A program made the translations under genes and the position numbers. A DNA stretch of 64,000 nt, taken from a bacterium (GTDB taxonomy: Bacteria > UBA8248). The notes beneath the pieces are model-generated. The model worked only from the letters and a program-made list of their open reading frames with translations, searched no databases and had not been told where the DNA came from. This document shows, piece by piece, positions 30,229-42,587 of this stretch. The stretch spans positions 960,001-1,024,000 of the forward strand of contig CBDBZU010000004.1 in NCBI GenBank assembly GCA_965213625.1, read 5' to 3'. The first letter of the stretch is position 1. Every line of letters starts with the position of its first letter.

Positions 30229-30696
30229 CTAGAAACGCGCCTCTTCGTGACAGCGCACGCACGCGGCGTGGACTTCGAACAGCGCCTTGGCGGTCGAAGC
30301 GATTTCTTTGCTCTTCGCCGCCTTCCCGAGGCTTACCGCTGCGCCTTCGAGTTGGCGCGAGATGACGAGCATGGAATTATCTCCCCGAAATTCCTCGACA
30401 GAGGGGAGGATTTTCGCCGTTTTGGCAATGGCCTCCGCCTGTTTTTCGATGGTTGCGTATGGCGTCTCGCTCACGAGTTCCTGAACCGAGGCGATGAGGA
30501 CGGCCTTCACAAGCGCGCCGAAATCCGCGTCGAGTTTTTCCATCAGGTCCCCCACTTCAGGTGAGTGAGTCCCTTCTTGGTCGTCCTTGTGACTTTCCAC
30601 GGCTACCGAGGAGGTGAGAAAAGCCATCGCAAAGATGATGGCCACAACAAGGCGTGTGAATGAGATGAAAGGCTTGAATCTCTCGGGAGGCCGCAT
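30229..30696 (-). CDS. Periplasmic helical c-type cytochrome (class II, c'-like)
   Basis: N-terminal signal/TM segment, helical body, single C-terminal CxxCH (ACVRCH). Confidence 0.75.
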   Translation of the reverse strand: MRPPERFKPFISFTRLVVAIIFAMAFLTSSVAVESHKDDQEGTHSPEVGDLMEKLDADFGALVKAVLIASVQELVSETPYATIEKQAEAIAKTAKILPSVEEFRGDNSMLVISRQLEGAAVSLGKAAKSKEIASTAKALFEVHAACVRCHEEARF

Positions 30697-31004
30697 GATT
30701 TTCCTCCAAGACAAGAGGGAGAGACTGGGGATTGACATGTGTTTTTATGGTCTTATTGTCCACGAACGAAGCCTCTTGGGCAATCAGGCGGCCGAGTAAA
30801 AACGTGAGCCCTAAAGTCTTTGAAATAAGGGAGCTTGCGCCCTCCCGAAATGCAGCGCAAGCAGTTTCTCTAGTTTGCCGATGAGACCCTTTTTGTGGTA
30901 AAAGATAGTGTTTGCGATCCGCCCACCTGGGTTCGCCCCTGCCTGGTCATCATACCTTTGGGACGGCCTTTGTCTCGCGCCGTCAGCAGGAGAAATTCGA
31001 AAGC

Positions 31005-33434
<2,430 letters not shown>

Positions 33435-33445
33435 ACACTGGGTGG

Positions 33446-35062
33446 GTGATGCGAAAAAAGAATAAACGGGTGGTGTTCCCGTCTCGGCTCTCTGCGTGTT
33501 TCCTCGTACTGGCCTTCTTGAGTTTCGGCTGTGACGGCGTAGAGCCGCCTGTTCAGGAGGCGATAATACCTGAGCGAGAAGCCGTAAAGGCCGCCCCTCT
33601 TCCCGCCCAAACCCTTCAGCGAACACCTGTTCCAGTACCGGCAATTACTCCTCCGCCGGTGAACAAGCCGCTTTCTATTCATGAAGCTGCGCCCTCGCTG
33701 GAATCCGAACCCTCGCCGGTATTCGAGCCGTCCCCACCGAGCCGCGCTGCGATCTTGAGCGACGTAGGAGAAACGGCGTACCGACAAGAAGATTACAAAT
33801 TTGCAGAGAAGAATTTTCGCGAGGCGCTCGTTCACGAGCCGGAGCTTCTCCATGCGCTTACGGGCCTTGGCTGGACCCTGTATGACTCGAATCGTCCCGA
33901 TGAGGCCTTTTTACTTTTTCAGCTTGCGAACGAGCGTTATCCCGAAAGCGGCAGCGCGCAGCGCGGGCTCGCTTACTTGTTTTTTCGCTACGGGCGGATG
34001 AAAGAGGCGAAGGCGCTGCTCGGCTCGCTCGATAAGGCGAGGTGGCCCGAACTTGCCAACATCGAGGATGAACTCAAGGCGCGCGCCATCAAGGGTCTGC
34101 CCGCGCCTCGGCTGCCCACGAAAGACAATAAACAAGAGGAACCCGAAGAATCTCCAACCGTGCCTGAGCCGGAGAAACCATCCACCAAGCACGAACTGCA
34201 AATAAAGGCCGAGCAAGGACGAACGCCGAAACCAGAGACCAAGACCGAAGTCGCGAAACTCACGCCCCCCGAATCTGCGCCAGATGAGCTGAAACCGCCG
34301 CGCCCGCCTGACGAGGACATTGCCCCGCCGCCTCCCGTCCGCAAGCCCTCTCTCGAGGGAATGGTCACCATTCCCGGCGGTCGCTTTATGATGGGTGTTG
34401 AATTCACCAACCCGAATCGCTCGCGCAAAAGAAGGCGTAGCAGGCGCGTGAACCTTAGGACAACAGGTGGACATCCCGTCGAGGTCGCGTCGTTTCGGCT
34501 GGATAAGTTCGAGGTAACGAACGCACTTTACGAGGATTTCGTGCGGGCTACGAACGGGGCCGAGCCTCCATTTTGGCGCAAAATTCACTTCATCGGCCCG
34601 CACCTCCCCGTGGTGGGGATAACGTGGGATGAGGCGCGCGCGTATTGCGCGTGGGCGGGGAAGCGCCTGCCAACGGAGGCCGAATGGGAATACGCCGCAC
34701 AGGGCGCGGGGAAGAAGAGGCGGTATCCATGGGGCAACGCGCAACGCGACAGGAACGCCGTTTTCGGTTTAAGCCCCGACGCGGGAGGCCCCAAAGCCGT
34801 GGGAAGACGTCCCGAGGGCTCCAGCATTCAGGGTGTCGAGGACCTGGCCGGAAACGTCTGGGAGTGGGTAGAGGATGAGTTCAGGGCGAAACCAAAAGAC
34901 GCCCTGCCGCTCAGTCGAAACGGCCGTACGCTGCGAACGCTCAAGGGCGGTTCCTGGGTAAACGGGTGGTGGGCGCTGGCCTCATCGCGCAGAACGGGCG
35001 ATTTGCCAGATCGCCGATTACCCGCATACGGGTTTCGATGCGCGGCGGATGCGCCGAAATGA
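33446..35062 (+). CDS. Putative lipoprotein with TPR region and FGE-sulfatase (SUMF1-like) domain
   Basis: Lipobox-like LSFGC; TPR-like helices; RLPTEAEWEYAA, LAGNVWEW, KGGSW, GFRCA. Confidence 0.88.
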   Translation: MMRKKNKRVVFPSRLSACFLVLAFLSFGCDGVEPPVQEAIIPEREAVKAAPLPAQTLQRTPVPVPAITPPPVNKPLSIHEAAPSLESEPSPVFEPSPPSRAAILSDVGETAYRQEDYKFAEKNFREALVHEPELLHALTGLGWTLYDSNRPDEAFLLFQLANERYPESGSAQRGLAYLFFRYGRMKEAKALLGSLDKARWPELANIEDELKARAIKGLPAPRLPTKDNKQEEPEESPTVPEPEKPSTKHELQIKAEQGRTPKPETKTEVAKLTPPESAPDELKPPRPPDEDIAPPPPVRKPSLEGMVTIPGGRFMMGVEFTNPNRSRKRRRSRRVNLRTTGGHPVEVASFRLDKFEVTNALYEDFVRATNGAEPPFWRKIHFIGPHLPVVGITWDEARAYCAWAGKRLPTEAEWEYAAQGAGKKRRYPWGNAQRDRNAVFGLSPDAGGPKAVGRRPEGSSIQGVEDLAGNVWEWVEDEFRAKPKDALPLSRNGRTLRTLKGGSWVNGWWALASSRRTGDLPDRRLPAYGFRCAADAPK

Positions 35063-35134
35063 GATATATGGGTATAATCCCCCACACGTTTTAAGCAAAA
35101 CACGAATCTAGGCTCCCCGGAAAAGGAGAGTATT

Positions 35135-35677
35135 ATGCGTTCGAGAAATAAACAGTTTCTATCGGTGTTGATCGCAATGCTCGGGGTGCTCCTTTTGGCG
35201 GTGTGCGCCGAAGCGCAGAGCTTGACACCGCCTCCGCTGACACCGCCTGAAACCCCGCCTGCAGCGCCCGGCGCGGTTCCGGGCCAGCCTCAGACGGCCC
35301 CGGCGCTGGCGCCTCCCGCGCCCGCGATGCCGCAGCAAGCTCCCTTGACGCCGACGGAACCGCAGCGGCCCTTGGACCTCATCGTCACGATAACGCTGGC
35401 CACGGGCAAAGCCGAGACTTTCGCCCGCGAAATCGACCGGCTTGAGATTATCACCGGCGCCGGCGGTGCGGTCGAGATGGTTCATCTGCTTCTCGTTACT
35501 GGAGGGGAGCGCAACACGCACGTCTGGTACAATTATGGGCAGGTCGCCAAGCTGAGCTATCGCTTCGTCACTCACGAGGGGAAGGCGAAAGTGTATGTGC
35601 GCCCGCTGCAGGCCTCGCCGCCGACGAGGGAACTCACAGACAGGCTCGAGCCGCTCAGCCCGCGTGAATTTCGCTAG
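35135..35677 (+). CDS. Secreted Pro-rich hypothetical protein
   Basis: AGGAG RBS, signal peptide ending AEA, Pro-rich linker, beta-rich C-domain. Confidence 0.75.
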   Translation: MRSRNKQFLSVLIAMLGVLLLAVCAEAQSLTPPPLTPPETPPAAPGAVPGQPQTAPALAPPAPAMPQQAPLTPTEPQRPLDLIVTITLATGKAETFAREIDRLEIITGAGGAVEMVHLLLVTGGERNTHVWYNYGQVAKLSYRFVTHEGKAKVYVRPLQASPPTRELTDRLEPLSPREFR

Positions 35678-35689
35678 GGTGCTGTACCG

Positions 35690-36589
35690 ATGAACGATAA
35701 AGGCTACGCGAATCCGGGCCTTGCTCTTACGCCCGCGCAGCTAAAAGAGCGAATCGGCGAGCGCAAAAGCGATGACCTCGTCATCATCGATACCCGCCAG
35801 GCGCCTGAGTTTTGCTCGGGCCACATCGAAGGCGCCGCGCATCTGGATCTCTACGGAATTTCGCTCAACGACACCCGCCCGCAAGCGCTGGCCGCCTTCA
35901 CCTGGATGCTCGCCTATCTCATGGAGATACGAGGCGTCGATTACGACAAGACGGTGGTCTTCTATCAGGAGAACTCGGGCTTCCGCTCCGCGAGAGGATT
36001 CTGGTTCTTGGAATATCTCGGCCATGAAGATGTCCACATCCTGGACGGCGGCATCGACGCCTGGAAGGCCGAGGGGCTGCCCGTAACGCGCGAGGCCTGG
36101 CCGATGGCGGGTGGCCCTTATGAGGCGGGTGCCGAAGGCCACAAACGCATCCTGAGAACCTCGTTCGCGAGCCGGCTGAAACCATACAAGGAGGGCCGCA
36201 TCGCTACAGCGGACTACATCCTAAACCAACTGGGCAATTCGGACGTCGCGATTCACGACACGCGCTCGGAAGGCGAGTTTTTCGCCGAAAACGTCCGGGC
36301 TGCGCGTGGTGGCGCGATTCCGGGGTCGGTTCACTTGGAATGGAGCGAGGCCATCGCGAAGGACGGGGCACTCAAGCCCGCCGCCGAACTGGCGGAGCTG
36401 CTGGAACCGAGGGGCCTGACGCCCGACAAGGAAATGGTGCCGCTCTGCCAGGGCGGCTATCGCTCGGCGCACGCCTATCTCATCTACCGACTGCTCGGCT
36501 ACCCGAGGATCAGGAACTATCTCGGCTCCTGGAAGGAGTGGGGCGACAGGGAAGATTTACCCATCGAGGTCCCCAAACGAAGCGCTTAA
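35690..36589 (+). CDS. Two-domain rhodanese sulfurtransferase
   Basis: GHIEGA, LDGGIDAW, GAIPGS, CQGGYRS, YLGSWKEW. Confidence 0.92.
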   Translation: MNDKGYANPGLALTPAQLKERIGERKSDDLVIIDTRQAPEFCSGHIEGAAHLDLYGISLNDTRPQALAAFTWMLAYLMEIRGVDYDKTVVFYQENSGFRSARGFWFLEYLGHEDVHILDGGIDAWKAEGLPVTREAWPMAGGPYEAGAEGHKRILRTSFASRLKPYKEGRIATADYILNQLGNSDVAIHDTRSEGEFFAENVRAARGGAIPGSVHLEWSEAIAKDGALKPAAELAELLEPRGLTPDKEMVPLCQGGYRSAHAYLIYRLLGYPRIRNYLGSWKEWGDREDLPIEVPKRSA

Positions 36590-36614
36590 ACCCCCGGATC
36601 GAACACGGTGTGCC

Positions 36615-37133
36615 TTAGTCGCCCTTCATCATGCGCCAGACAGTTTGCGCGACGATGCCCGCCAATGGCGGGATCCAGAATACAGAGATTACGCGGAAGG
36701 TGAAGAACTCCGTTCCGAGGATGGGGATTTCGTACGCGAACGCGCGCACCGGGCCAATCAGCGCCGCCGAGGTGAGCATTGTTATCATCGGCCCGAAGCC
36801 GGCGCCTCCCTGCATCAGCCCGGCCACGAGCGGATAGAGGACGAAAGGCGCGCCCATGGGGAACATGAATCCCGCCAGCCAGCCAATGACGATGCCGCGC
36901 CAGCCGGAGCGATCGGAGAGCCAGTTCTGCAGTATTTCCTTCGGCAGGACGTCGGCCACAAGCGCACCGATGAACATGCCGATCATGAGCTTGGGAAGAA
37001 TGGTCACGATGAGGCTTCCCGCGCGGCCCGCGGGAGCCCAGGGCAACTCGCCTGATTTCTGGTACGCCAGAAACGCCAGGAGCAGCGCGATGCCCGCGAG
37101 AAAAAGAGAGGTTTTGTCGAATATGCCGGACAT
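36615..37133 (-). CDS. Small permease-like membrane protein
   Basis: Several TM segments; LPKE....WL, PMGAPFVLYPLVAGL pattern. Confidence 0.7.
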   Translation of the reverse strand: MSGIFDKTSLFLAGIALLLAFLAYQKSGELPWAPAGRAGSLIVTILPKLMIGMFIGALVADVLPKEILQNWLSDRSGWRGIVIGWLAGFMFPMGAPFVLYPLVAGLMQGGAGFGPMITMLTSAALIGPVRAFAYEIPILGTEFFTFRVISVFWIPPLAGIVAQTVWRMMKGD

Positions 37134-37291
37134 GTTCGTTCCTCATGAAAAGTGAGTCCAAAAGACGCCGGTGGAATCCGCTCGGCAGGAATTGTGAGTA
37201 TAGCCCCAACTAGCGCGCCTAGTGAACCAATCCGGCAGGTTTTGCCAAGAAGGCGAGGGCGTAGCGCTTCATCGGTTTTTGGGAGAGGAAA

Positions 37292-38560
37292 TTGACGGGA
37301 GCGTATCTCACCGATTCCGTGTCCGGTATTGGCGGGCGCCTGCGCGCGAGGCCCGAGGATTTCCGCGTGGAAGAAATTCCGCTCACGCCACCGAGCGGCG
37401 ACGGTGAGCATCTCCACTTGCGGGTGGAGAAGCGGGGCGTCTCCACCATCGAGGCGCTGCGCGTTTTGTGCCGGGCGCTGGAGACTCCCGAGGCGGAGGC
37501 GGGCTATGCGGGCCTGAAAGACGCCAATGCGGTGACGAAGCAGTGGTTTTCATTCAAGACGAAAACACAGATGATTCCGGACGCCGTCTTGAGGCTGGAG
37601 CAAAAGGGGATCCGGGTTCTGGAGGCAGAGCGCTCTCGAACACGGGTGAAACGCGGCGCACTTTCAGGCAATCGTTTCGAGATTTTGGTTCGAGATGTCG
37701 GCCCAGGCGCCGAGGAGAAAGCCCGAAAGATTCTGGACTGCCTCATCGCGAGGGGATTGCCCAATGCTTTCGGCGATCAGAGGTTCGGCGTTCACGGCCA
37801 TACGGCGCAGGTCGGGCTTGCGATCTCGAGGGGAGACTGGCGGGGCGTTCTCGATGCGCTCTTTGGTTCCGCGAGATTCTCCCATGCGCAGGGTGGTGTC
37901 GATGCCCGCCTCCTGGAAGCCGCCCAGAGGTATGAGGCGGGCGAGTTCAGAGATGCGAGGAAACTCTATCCCCCCTCATGGGAGGCGGAAAGGCGTGCGC
38001 TTTCCGGCCTGGAGAAAGGAGCCTCACCTCGGCAGGCGGTGGCTTCGATTCCCCTGAGGGAGCGGGTCCTGTATGGCGGCGCGTTTCAGGCGGCAGTTTT
38101 TAACTTATGTCTTGCAAGAAGACTCGAAGCGCGTGCGCACGATCGAGCCTGGGCGGGCGACGTGATTTTTCATCACGAAACGGGCAAGACCAGGAGGGTA
38201 GGCGCCCCCGAAGCGGTGGAGCTTGCACTCGATCAATTTCAAGTGAGCCCGGCGGGACCGTTGATTGGCCGGAAACTCCTCGAAGCCCGCGGGGAGGCGG
38301 GAAAACTCGAGCGAAGCGTGCTAGACTCCCTCGGCGTTGGAGGCTTGGAAGTTCTCGACGGGTTGGAAAGACTGAAGCTTCATGGCTCCAGGCGACCGTA
38401 TCGTGTACAAATAAAAGAAGTGTGCCTGAGGCTGGAAAATGAAGGCCTGCGCCTCGTCTTCACGCTATCGCCGGGGGCGTATGCGAGCGAGGTATTGCGG
38501 GAGTTGACGAAGAACGATCCGCCGGTGGGCGCCGTCACGCGCATCGGAGGCGAATGCTGA
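37292..38560 (+). CDS. truD: tRNA pseudouridine(13) synthase TruD
   Basis: PEDFRVEE, YAGLKD..AVT.QW, GNRFEI, PNAFGDQRFG, LSPGAYA. Confidence 0.93.
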   Translation: MTGAYLTDSVSGIGGRLRARPEDFRVEEIPLTPPSGDGEHLHLRVEKRGVSTIEALRVLCRALETPEAEAGYAGLKDANAVTKQWFSFKTKTQMIPDAVLRLEQKGIRVLEAERSRTRVKRGALSGNRFEILVRDVGPGAEEKARKILDCLIARGLPNAFGDQRFGVHGHTAQVGLAISRGDWRGVLDALFGSARFSHAQGGVDARLLEAAQRYEAGEFRDARKLYPPSWEAERRALSGLEKGASPRQAVASIPLRERVLYGGAFQAAVFNLCLARRLEARAHDRAWAGDVIFHHETGKTRRVGAPEAVELALDQFQVSPAGPLIGRKLLEARGEAGKLERSVLDSLGVGGLEVLDGLERLKLHGSRRPYRVQIKEVCLRLENEGLRLVFTLSPGAYASEVLRELTKNDPPVGAVTRIGGEC

Positions 38561-38596
38561 GCGGACGCATCCGCTTTGTGGGGGAGGAAGTGAATA

Positions 38597-39499
38597 ATGA
38601 AGGTTTTTCTGACGGGCGGAACTGGATATGTCGGCGGCACCCTGCTTTCACTTCTGTCGCTGGCGGGCCATGAGATCAGGGTGCTTTCACGCGACCCCGA
38701 GCCGGCGAGGCAGCGCCTCGCCTCGGTGAGCGGGGCCTTTCCCGTGCGCGGCGACATAACGGAGTATTCGGTCGATCAACTCGCCGAACTGATGAAGAAA
38801 CAAGACGCCGTGATCCACCTGGTGGGCATCATTATCGAGAAGGGAACGCCCGGCTTCGAGGCCATCCACACGGAAGGCACGCGCCGCATGGTGGCCGCCG
38901 CCGAGCAGGCGGGGGTGAAGCGCTTTGTGCACATGAGCGCGCTGGGCACGAGGGAGAACGCCGTCGCCCGATATCACAAATCCAAATTCGCAGCCGAGCA
39001 GTTCGTTCGCGAGAGTGACCTGGACTGGACGATTTTCAGGCCCTCCATCATCTTCGGCGAGAACGACGAATTCCTGAACACCTTCGCCGGTATCGCGCGC
39101 ATGGCGCCCGCGCTTCCCCTTATTGGTGGAGGCACGGGCAAGCTCCAGCCCATCTGGGTGGAGGACGTGTGCCGCTGCTTTGCGCAATGCCTGGGCATGC
39201 CCGAGACCATCGGACAGACGTACGATATGGGGGGAGGCACGGCCTATCCGGTCAGGGAGATTCTTTCCATACTGTTGAAGGCGATGGGTAAAAAGAGGCT
39301 GCTCGTGCCTCTGCCCATCGCCATCGCTCGCTTACAGGCCAAGCTGTTCAATTTGCTCCCGATGAAGCCCCCCTTCACCGAGGATCAGATAACGATGCTG
39401 GGTGAAGACAACGTGTGCGACCCGGCGCCAATGAAAGAAGCTTTCGGCCTTACACCCAGAACGCTCGAGAATTATCTGGCGGATCATTTCGGCAGGTAG
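38597..39499 (+). CDS. NAD-dependent epimerase/dehydratase (NDUFA9-like atypical SDR)
   Basis: TGGTGYVG, HMSALG, YHKSK, LQPIWVEDV. Confidence 0.88.
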   Translation: MKVFLTGGTGYVGGTLLSLLSLAGHEIRVLSRDPEPARQRLASVSGAFPVRGDITEYSVDQLAELMKKQDAVIHLVGIIIEKGTPGFEAIHTEGTRRMVAAAEQAGVKRFVHMSALGTRENAVARYHKSKFAAEQFVRESDLDWTIFRPSIIFGENDEFLNTFAGIARMAPALPLIGGGTGKLQPIWVEDVCRCFAQCLGMPETIGQTYDMGGGTAYPVREILSILLKAMGKKRLLVPLPIAIARLQAKLFNLLPMKPPFTEDQITMLGEDNVCDPAPMKEAFGLTPRTLENYLADHFGR

Positions 39500-39541
39500 G
39501 TTTCAAGCGACAGATTTTAATAGCGGAGGCGCGCCCGCGCC

Positions 39542-40678
39542 TTACAGCTCGCCTTGTATTCCATGATGTGCGCTTTTTGCCGCGCGCCACGCGGCCCGCT
39601 GGGCGGAGGAGACCGCCAGCGTGCGGAAATCCTCCTCGGACGCCCAAAAGAGGCCGTCCCGATTCGTTGCTGGCGCTTCCTTCTCGAACAATACCGCCAG
39701 ATGCACGACGAACAGAATCTTCCTGTGGGTGAGAGTTCTCGTGATTCTGGCGAGTTCGCGCCCCGGGCGCCAGCCCGGCCCGAGGAGCTTTGCGCACTGC
39801 GCTTTCAGGAGGCGCGGGTCGGCCCTCTCGAGGTGGCCCCCCACCATAAAACCGGGCAACTCCCACATGCCGCCGAAGAGGCCGGTTTTCCCCCTTTGGG
39901 AGAGTAGAACCAGCCCGTCCCGTTCCGCCCGGAACTGGAAGACGGTTACCGGAGCGGGCGGCTTTTTGGCGGTTTTCACCGGCAGGACGTTCTGGGTTTC
40001 GGCTTCGTTTGCTGCGCACTGAACCCGGGCAGGGCATCGCGCGCAATCGGGGTTTTTGGGAAGACAAACTTGAGAACCCAAGTCCATCAACGCCTGGTTG
40101 AAGTCGCCGGGTCTTGCGCGCGAAACCAGGGCTTGCGTTTCCTCGCGGATGGTTTTTTGAGCAGGCGGAGTGTCGACGGGGAGCGAGAGGTTGAGAATTC
40201 TGCTCATAATTCGCAGGACGTTCCCGTCGATGGCCGCGCAGCGCTCCCCGAAGGCGATGCTGGCGATCGCCCCCGCCATGTAAGGGCCGACCCCAGGAAG
40301 AGCCAGCAGCGCATCACGCGTTTGGGGCATCGCGCCATCGCCCATCACCTCCTGCGCGGCGCGGTGGAGATTTCTCGCGCGTCCGTAATAGCCGAGGCCC
40401 TGCCATTCGGCCAGCACGGCGTCGAGAGGCGCGTCTGCCAGAGCGGGGAGTGTGGGAAACCGCCTAATGAAGATCGGGTAGCGGAGGCGGACGGTTTCCG
40501 CGCGGGTCTGCTGGAGCATGGCCTCCGACACCCATATCCGGTAGGGGTCTTTCTCCCCGCGCCAGGGGAGTTCTCTTTTCTCCCGGTCGTACCAGCTCAG
40601 GATGCGCCTTCTGAACCTTCTGCGATCGGAAGGAGTGAGCAGGAGGCTCTTTGGTATATTTTTCATTTTGTTTGACAT
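39542..40678 (-). CDS. mutY: A/G-specific adenine glycosylase
   Basis: WVSEAMLQQT, WQGLGYY.RARNL, LPGVGPY, DGNV.R, C-x6-C-x2-C-x5-C FeS motif. Confidence 0.96.
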   Translation of the reverse strand: MSNKMKNIPKSLLLTPSDRRRFRRRILSWYDREKRELPWRGEKDPYRIWVSEAMLQQTRAETVRLRYPIFIRRFPTLPALADAPLDAVLAEWQGLGYYGRARNLHRAAQEVMGDGAMPQTRDALLALPGVGPYMAGAIASIAFGERCAAIDGNVLRIMSRILNLSLPVDTPPAQKTIREETQALVSRARPGDFNQALMDLGSQVCLPKNPDCARCPARVQCAANEAETQNVLPVKTAKKPPAPVTVFQFRAERDGLVLLSQRGKTGLFGGMWELPGFMVGGHLERADPRLLKAQCAKLLGPGWRPGRELARITRTLTHRKILFVVHLAVLFEKEAPATNRDGLFWASEEDFRTLAVSSAQRAAWRAAKSAHHGIQGEL

Positions 40679-40753
40679 GCGTCGGGCCAGCCGTTATCAA
40701 ATTAAATAGGGTTTCCGAATACGGCGCTCGAAGTTTCGGGGTAATGATAGAAC

Positions 40754-41926
40754 ATGAGCGTGGCGATCAAAAACGGATGGCGTATGCGGTGGGTGGCGGC
40801 GCTGGCGGCATTCATTTGCGTCTGCGCATGGGCTGTGGATTCGGCCCCGGCAGAGAGAATCGTCGTCGGTTCGGCGCTTGATCTCACAGGCCCGGGCGCG
40901 GCTGGAGGCCGGGAAGCCCGTAACGCTCTGTTGCTCGAAATGGCGCGTATCAACCGCAGGGGCGTCGCCGGCGGCCGCATCTTTCTTCTTACCCTCGACA
41001 CCAAGGGAAGCCCCGAGGGGACGACTTTTGCGGTCCGCGAACTCGCTCGAAAGCATAAAGCCGTCGCCGTAATCGGGCCTGTCGAACATTACGCCGCCAT
41101 CGCCGCCGCCAAAGCGGCGCAAGAAGAACGAATACCGCTATTCTCCCTGACCGCGCCTGAGGAAATTCTCGTACCGCCGCGCAAATGGGTATTCTCCACG
41201 GCAAGGCCGGCGCCGCTGCCCGGTCGCTTGATACTTGGCCACATGAAGAGCAGGGGAATCAGGCGCGTGGCGATGCTGGGCTCCTCCCGGGGCTACGGCA
41301 CGGAGGGGCGTGAGCAGATTACCGCGCTCGCGCCCGATTTCGGCGTGTCCATCCTGTTTAACGAATCCTTCAAATCGGGCGAACATAATTTTCTGCCCTT
41401 TCTGAAGCGAGCCTCCCTGCGCGGCGTCGGGGGCTTCGTGCACTGGGCGCGCGGGGGGTCACGCCTGGATCTTGTGCGAGCCCGCGCGGCGCTCGACCTC
41501 AAGATGCCGCTCTACCTCTCCCATGCGTCTCCCGGGATGCTCGGCTCCAAAAGCGGGGGAAAAGCCGCCGAGGGCGTAGTGTTTCCGGCTTCGTGGATCA
41601 TGGTTGCCCACCTTCTTCCCGAGTCGCACTCCGCCAGGATGGCCCTCACGGCGTTTCGGGACGAGTACCTGAAGACCTACAAGAGCGCGCCGGGCGAGAC
41701 GGCCGCCGCCGCCGTCGACGCGCTGCGTATCTTGGCGTGGTCCGCCCGGGGCGTGGGCGCGAACCGGGCGAGAATCCCTGCCGGCGTGGAGGGGGCGCGT
41801 TATTTCACGGGACTGAACGGGACTTATGGCTTTTCCAAAAACGACCACAACGGACTCGACGCCGATTCCCTTGTGCTGGTGCAGGTGCAAAATGGCAAGT
41901 GGGAGTTGGTGAAGGAGGGGAAATAG
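40754..41926 (+). CDS. Branched-chain amino acid-type ABC substrate-binding protein (orphan)
   Basis: Signal peptide; LTGPGA..G, INRRGVAG, YGTEG, GLNGTYGFS..DHNGL. Confidence 0.85.
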   Translation: MSVAIKNGWRMRWVAALAAFICVCAWAVDSAPAERIVVGSALDLTGPGAAGGREARNALLLEMARINRRGVAGGRIFLLTLDTKGSPEGTTFAVRELARKHKAVAVIGPVEHYAAIAAAKAAQEERIPLFSLTAPEEILVPPRKWVFSTARPAPLPGRLILGHMKSRGIRRVAMLGSSRGYGTEGREQITALAPDFGVSILFNESFKSGEHNFLPFLKRASLRGVGGFVHWARGGSRLDLVRARAALDLKMPLYLSHASPGMLGSKSGGKAAEGVVFPASWIMVAHLLPESHSARMALTAFRDEYLKTYKSAPGETAAAAVDALRILAWSARGVGANRARIPAGVEGARYFTGLNGTYGFSKNDHNGLDADSLVLVQVQNGKWELVKEGK

Positions 41927-42016
41927 GTTGCGGCGCGATTAACCGGAGATAACGCAATCGGCGTTGGCAGACTGCCCCCATCCCCTCTTAAGTGTTGATT
42001 TTATAGCCACAAACCC

Positions 42017-42079
42017 TTGACAGAAACCCGTTTGGGGCGTATATATGCGACTGGATGGGTCGGCGACCATTTGGGTCGC
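42017..42079 (+). promoter_or_regulatory. sigma70-like isc promoter with tandem IscR-like operators
   Basis: TTGACA(42017)-17 bp-TATATA(42040); two GAC-N7-GTC palindromes at 42049-42061 and 42065-42077. Confidence 0.6.
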
Positions 42080-42161
42080 ATTTGTTGGGGGAAAGACGCC
42101 GTCAGCTTCCAAATGGTCGGATTTGACCGATAACCCTGTATAATTCAAGGCGGTAAGTGAG

Positions 42162-42587
42162 ATGTTCGCGATTGCAAAGCGTACGGATTACGGCTTGATG
42201 GCTCTATGCTACCTCGCGGAGTGCGAAGAGGATGCGGCCATTACATCGCGCGCCATCGCAGAGAGGTTCCACATTCCCGCCGAACTGCTTGCGAAGACGA
42301 TGCAGCTTCTGGCCAAAAACGGACTCGTGGAGTCGAGAAACGGGCCCAAGGGCGGCTACGTTCTCTCGCGTAGACCGGAGACGGTTTCGGTGGCGGAGGT
42401 CATTCGAGCCATCGAGGGACCCATCGCCATGGCGACGTGCCAGATTGGCGACGCCACGGGTTGTGAACAATACGAGAAATGCACCATTTTTTATCCCATG
42501 GAAAAGATCCAGAGAAAGGTGACCGACGTGCTTGAGGGAATGACCCTTCAGGACATGGTGGGTACGCCGGCAGGAGAGATCAGATGA
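42162..42587 (+). CDS. iscR: Rrf2 family regulator IscR
   Basis: [19 protein letters not shown], three Cys (C-x7-C-x5-C); first gene of the isc operon. Confidence 0.88.
   Translation: MFAIAKRTDYGLMALCYLAECEEDAAITSRAIAERFHIPAELLAKTMQLLAKNGLVESRNGPKGGYVLSRRPETVSVAEVIRAIEGPIAMATCQIGDATGCEQYEKCTIFYPMEKIQRKVTDVLEGMTLQDMVGTPAGEIR

Noticed and set aside
42123-42144. TTGACC...TATAAT as a second isc promoter
   Set aside because: Spacer is only 10 bp.
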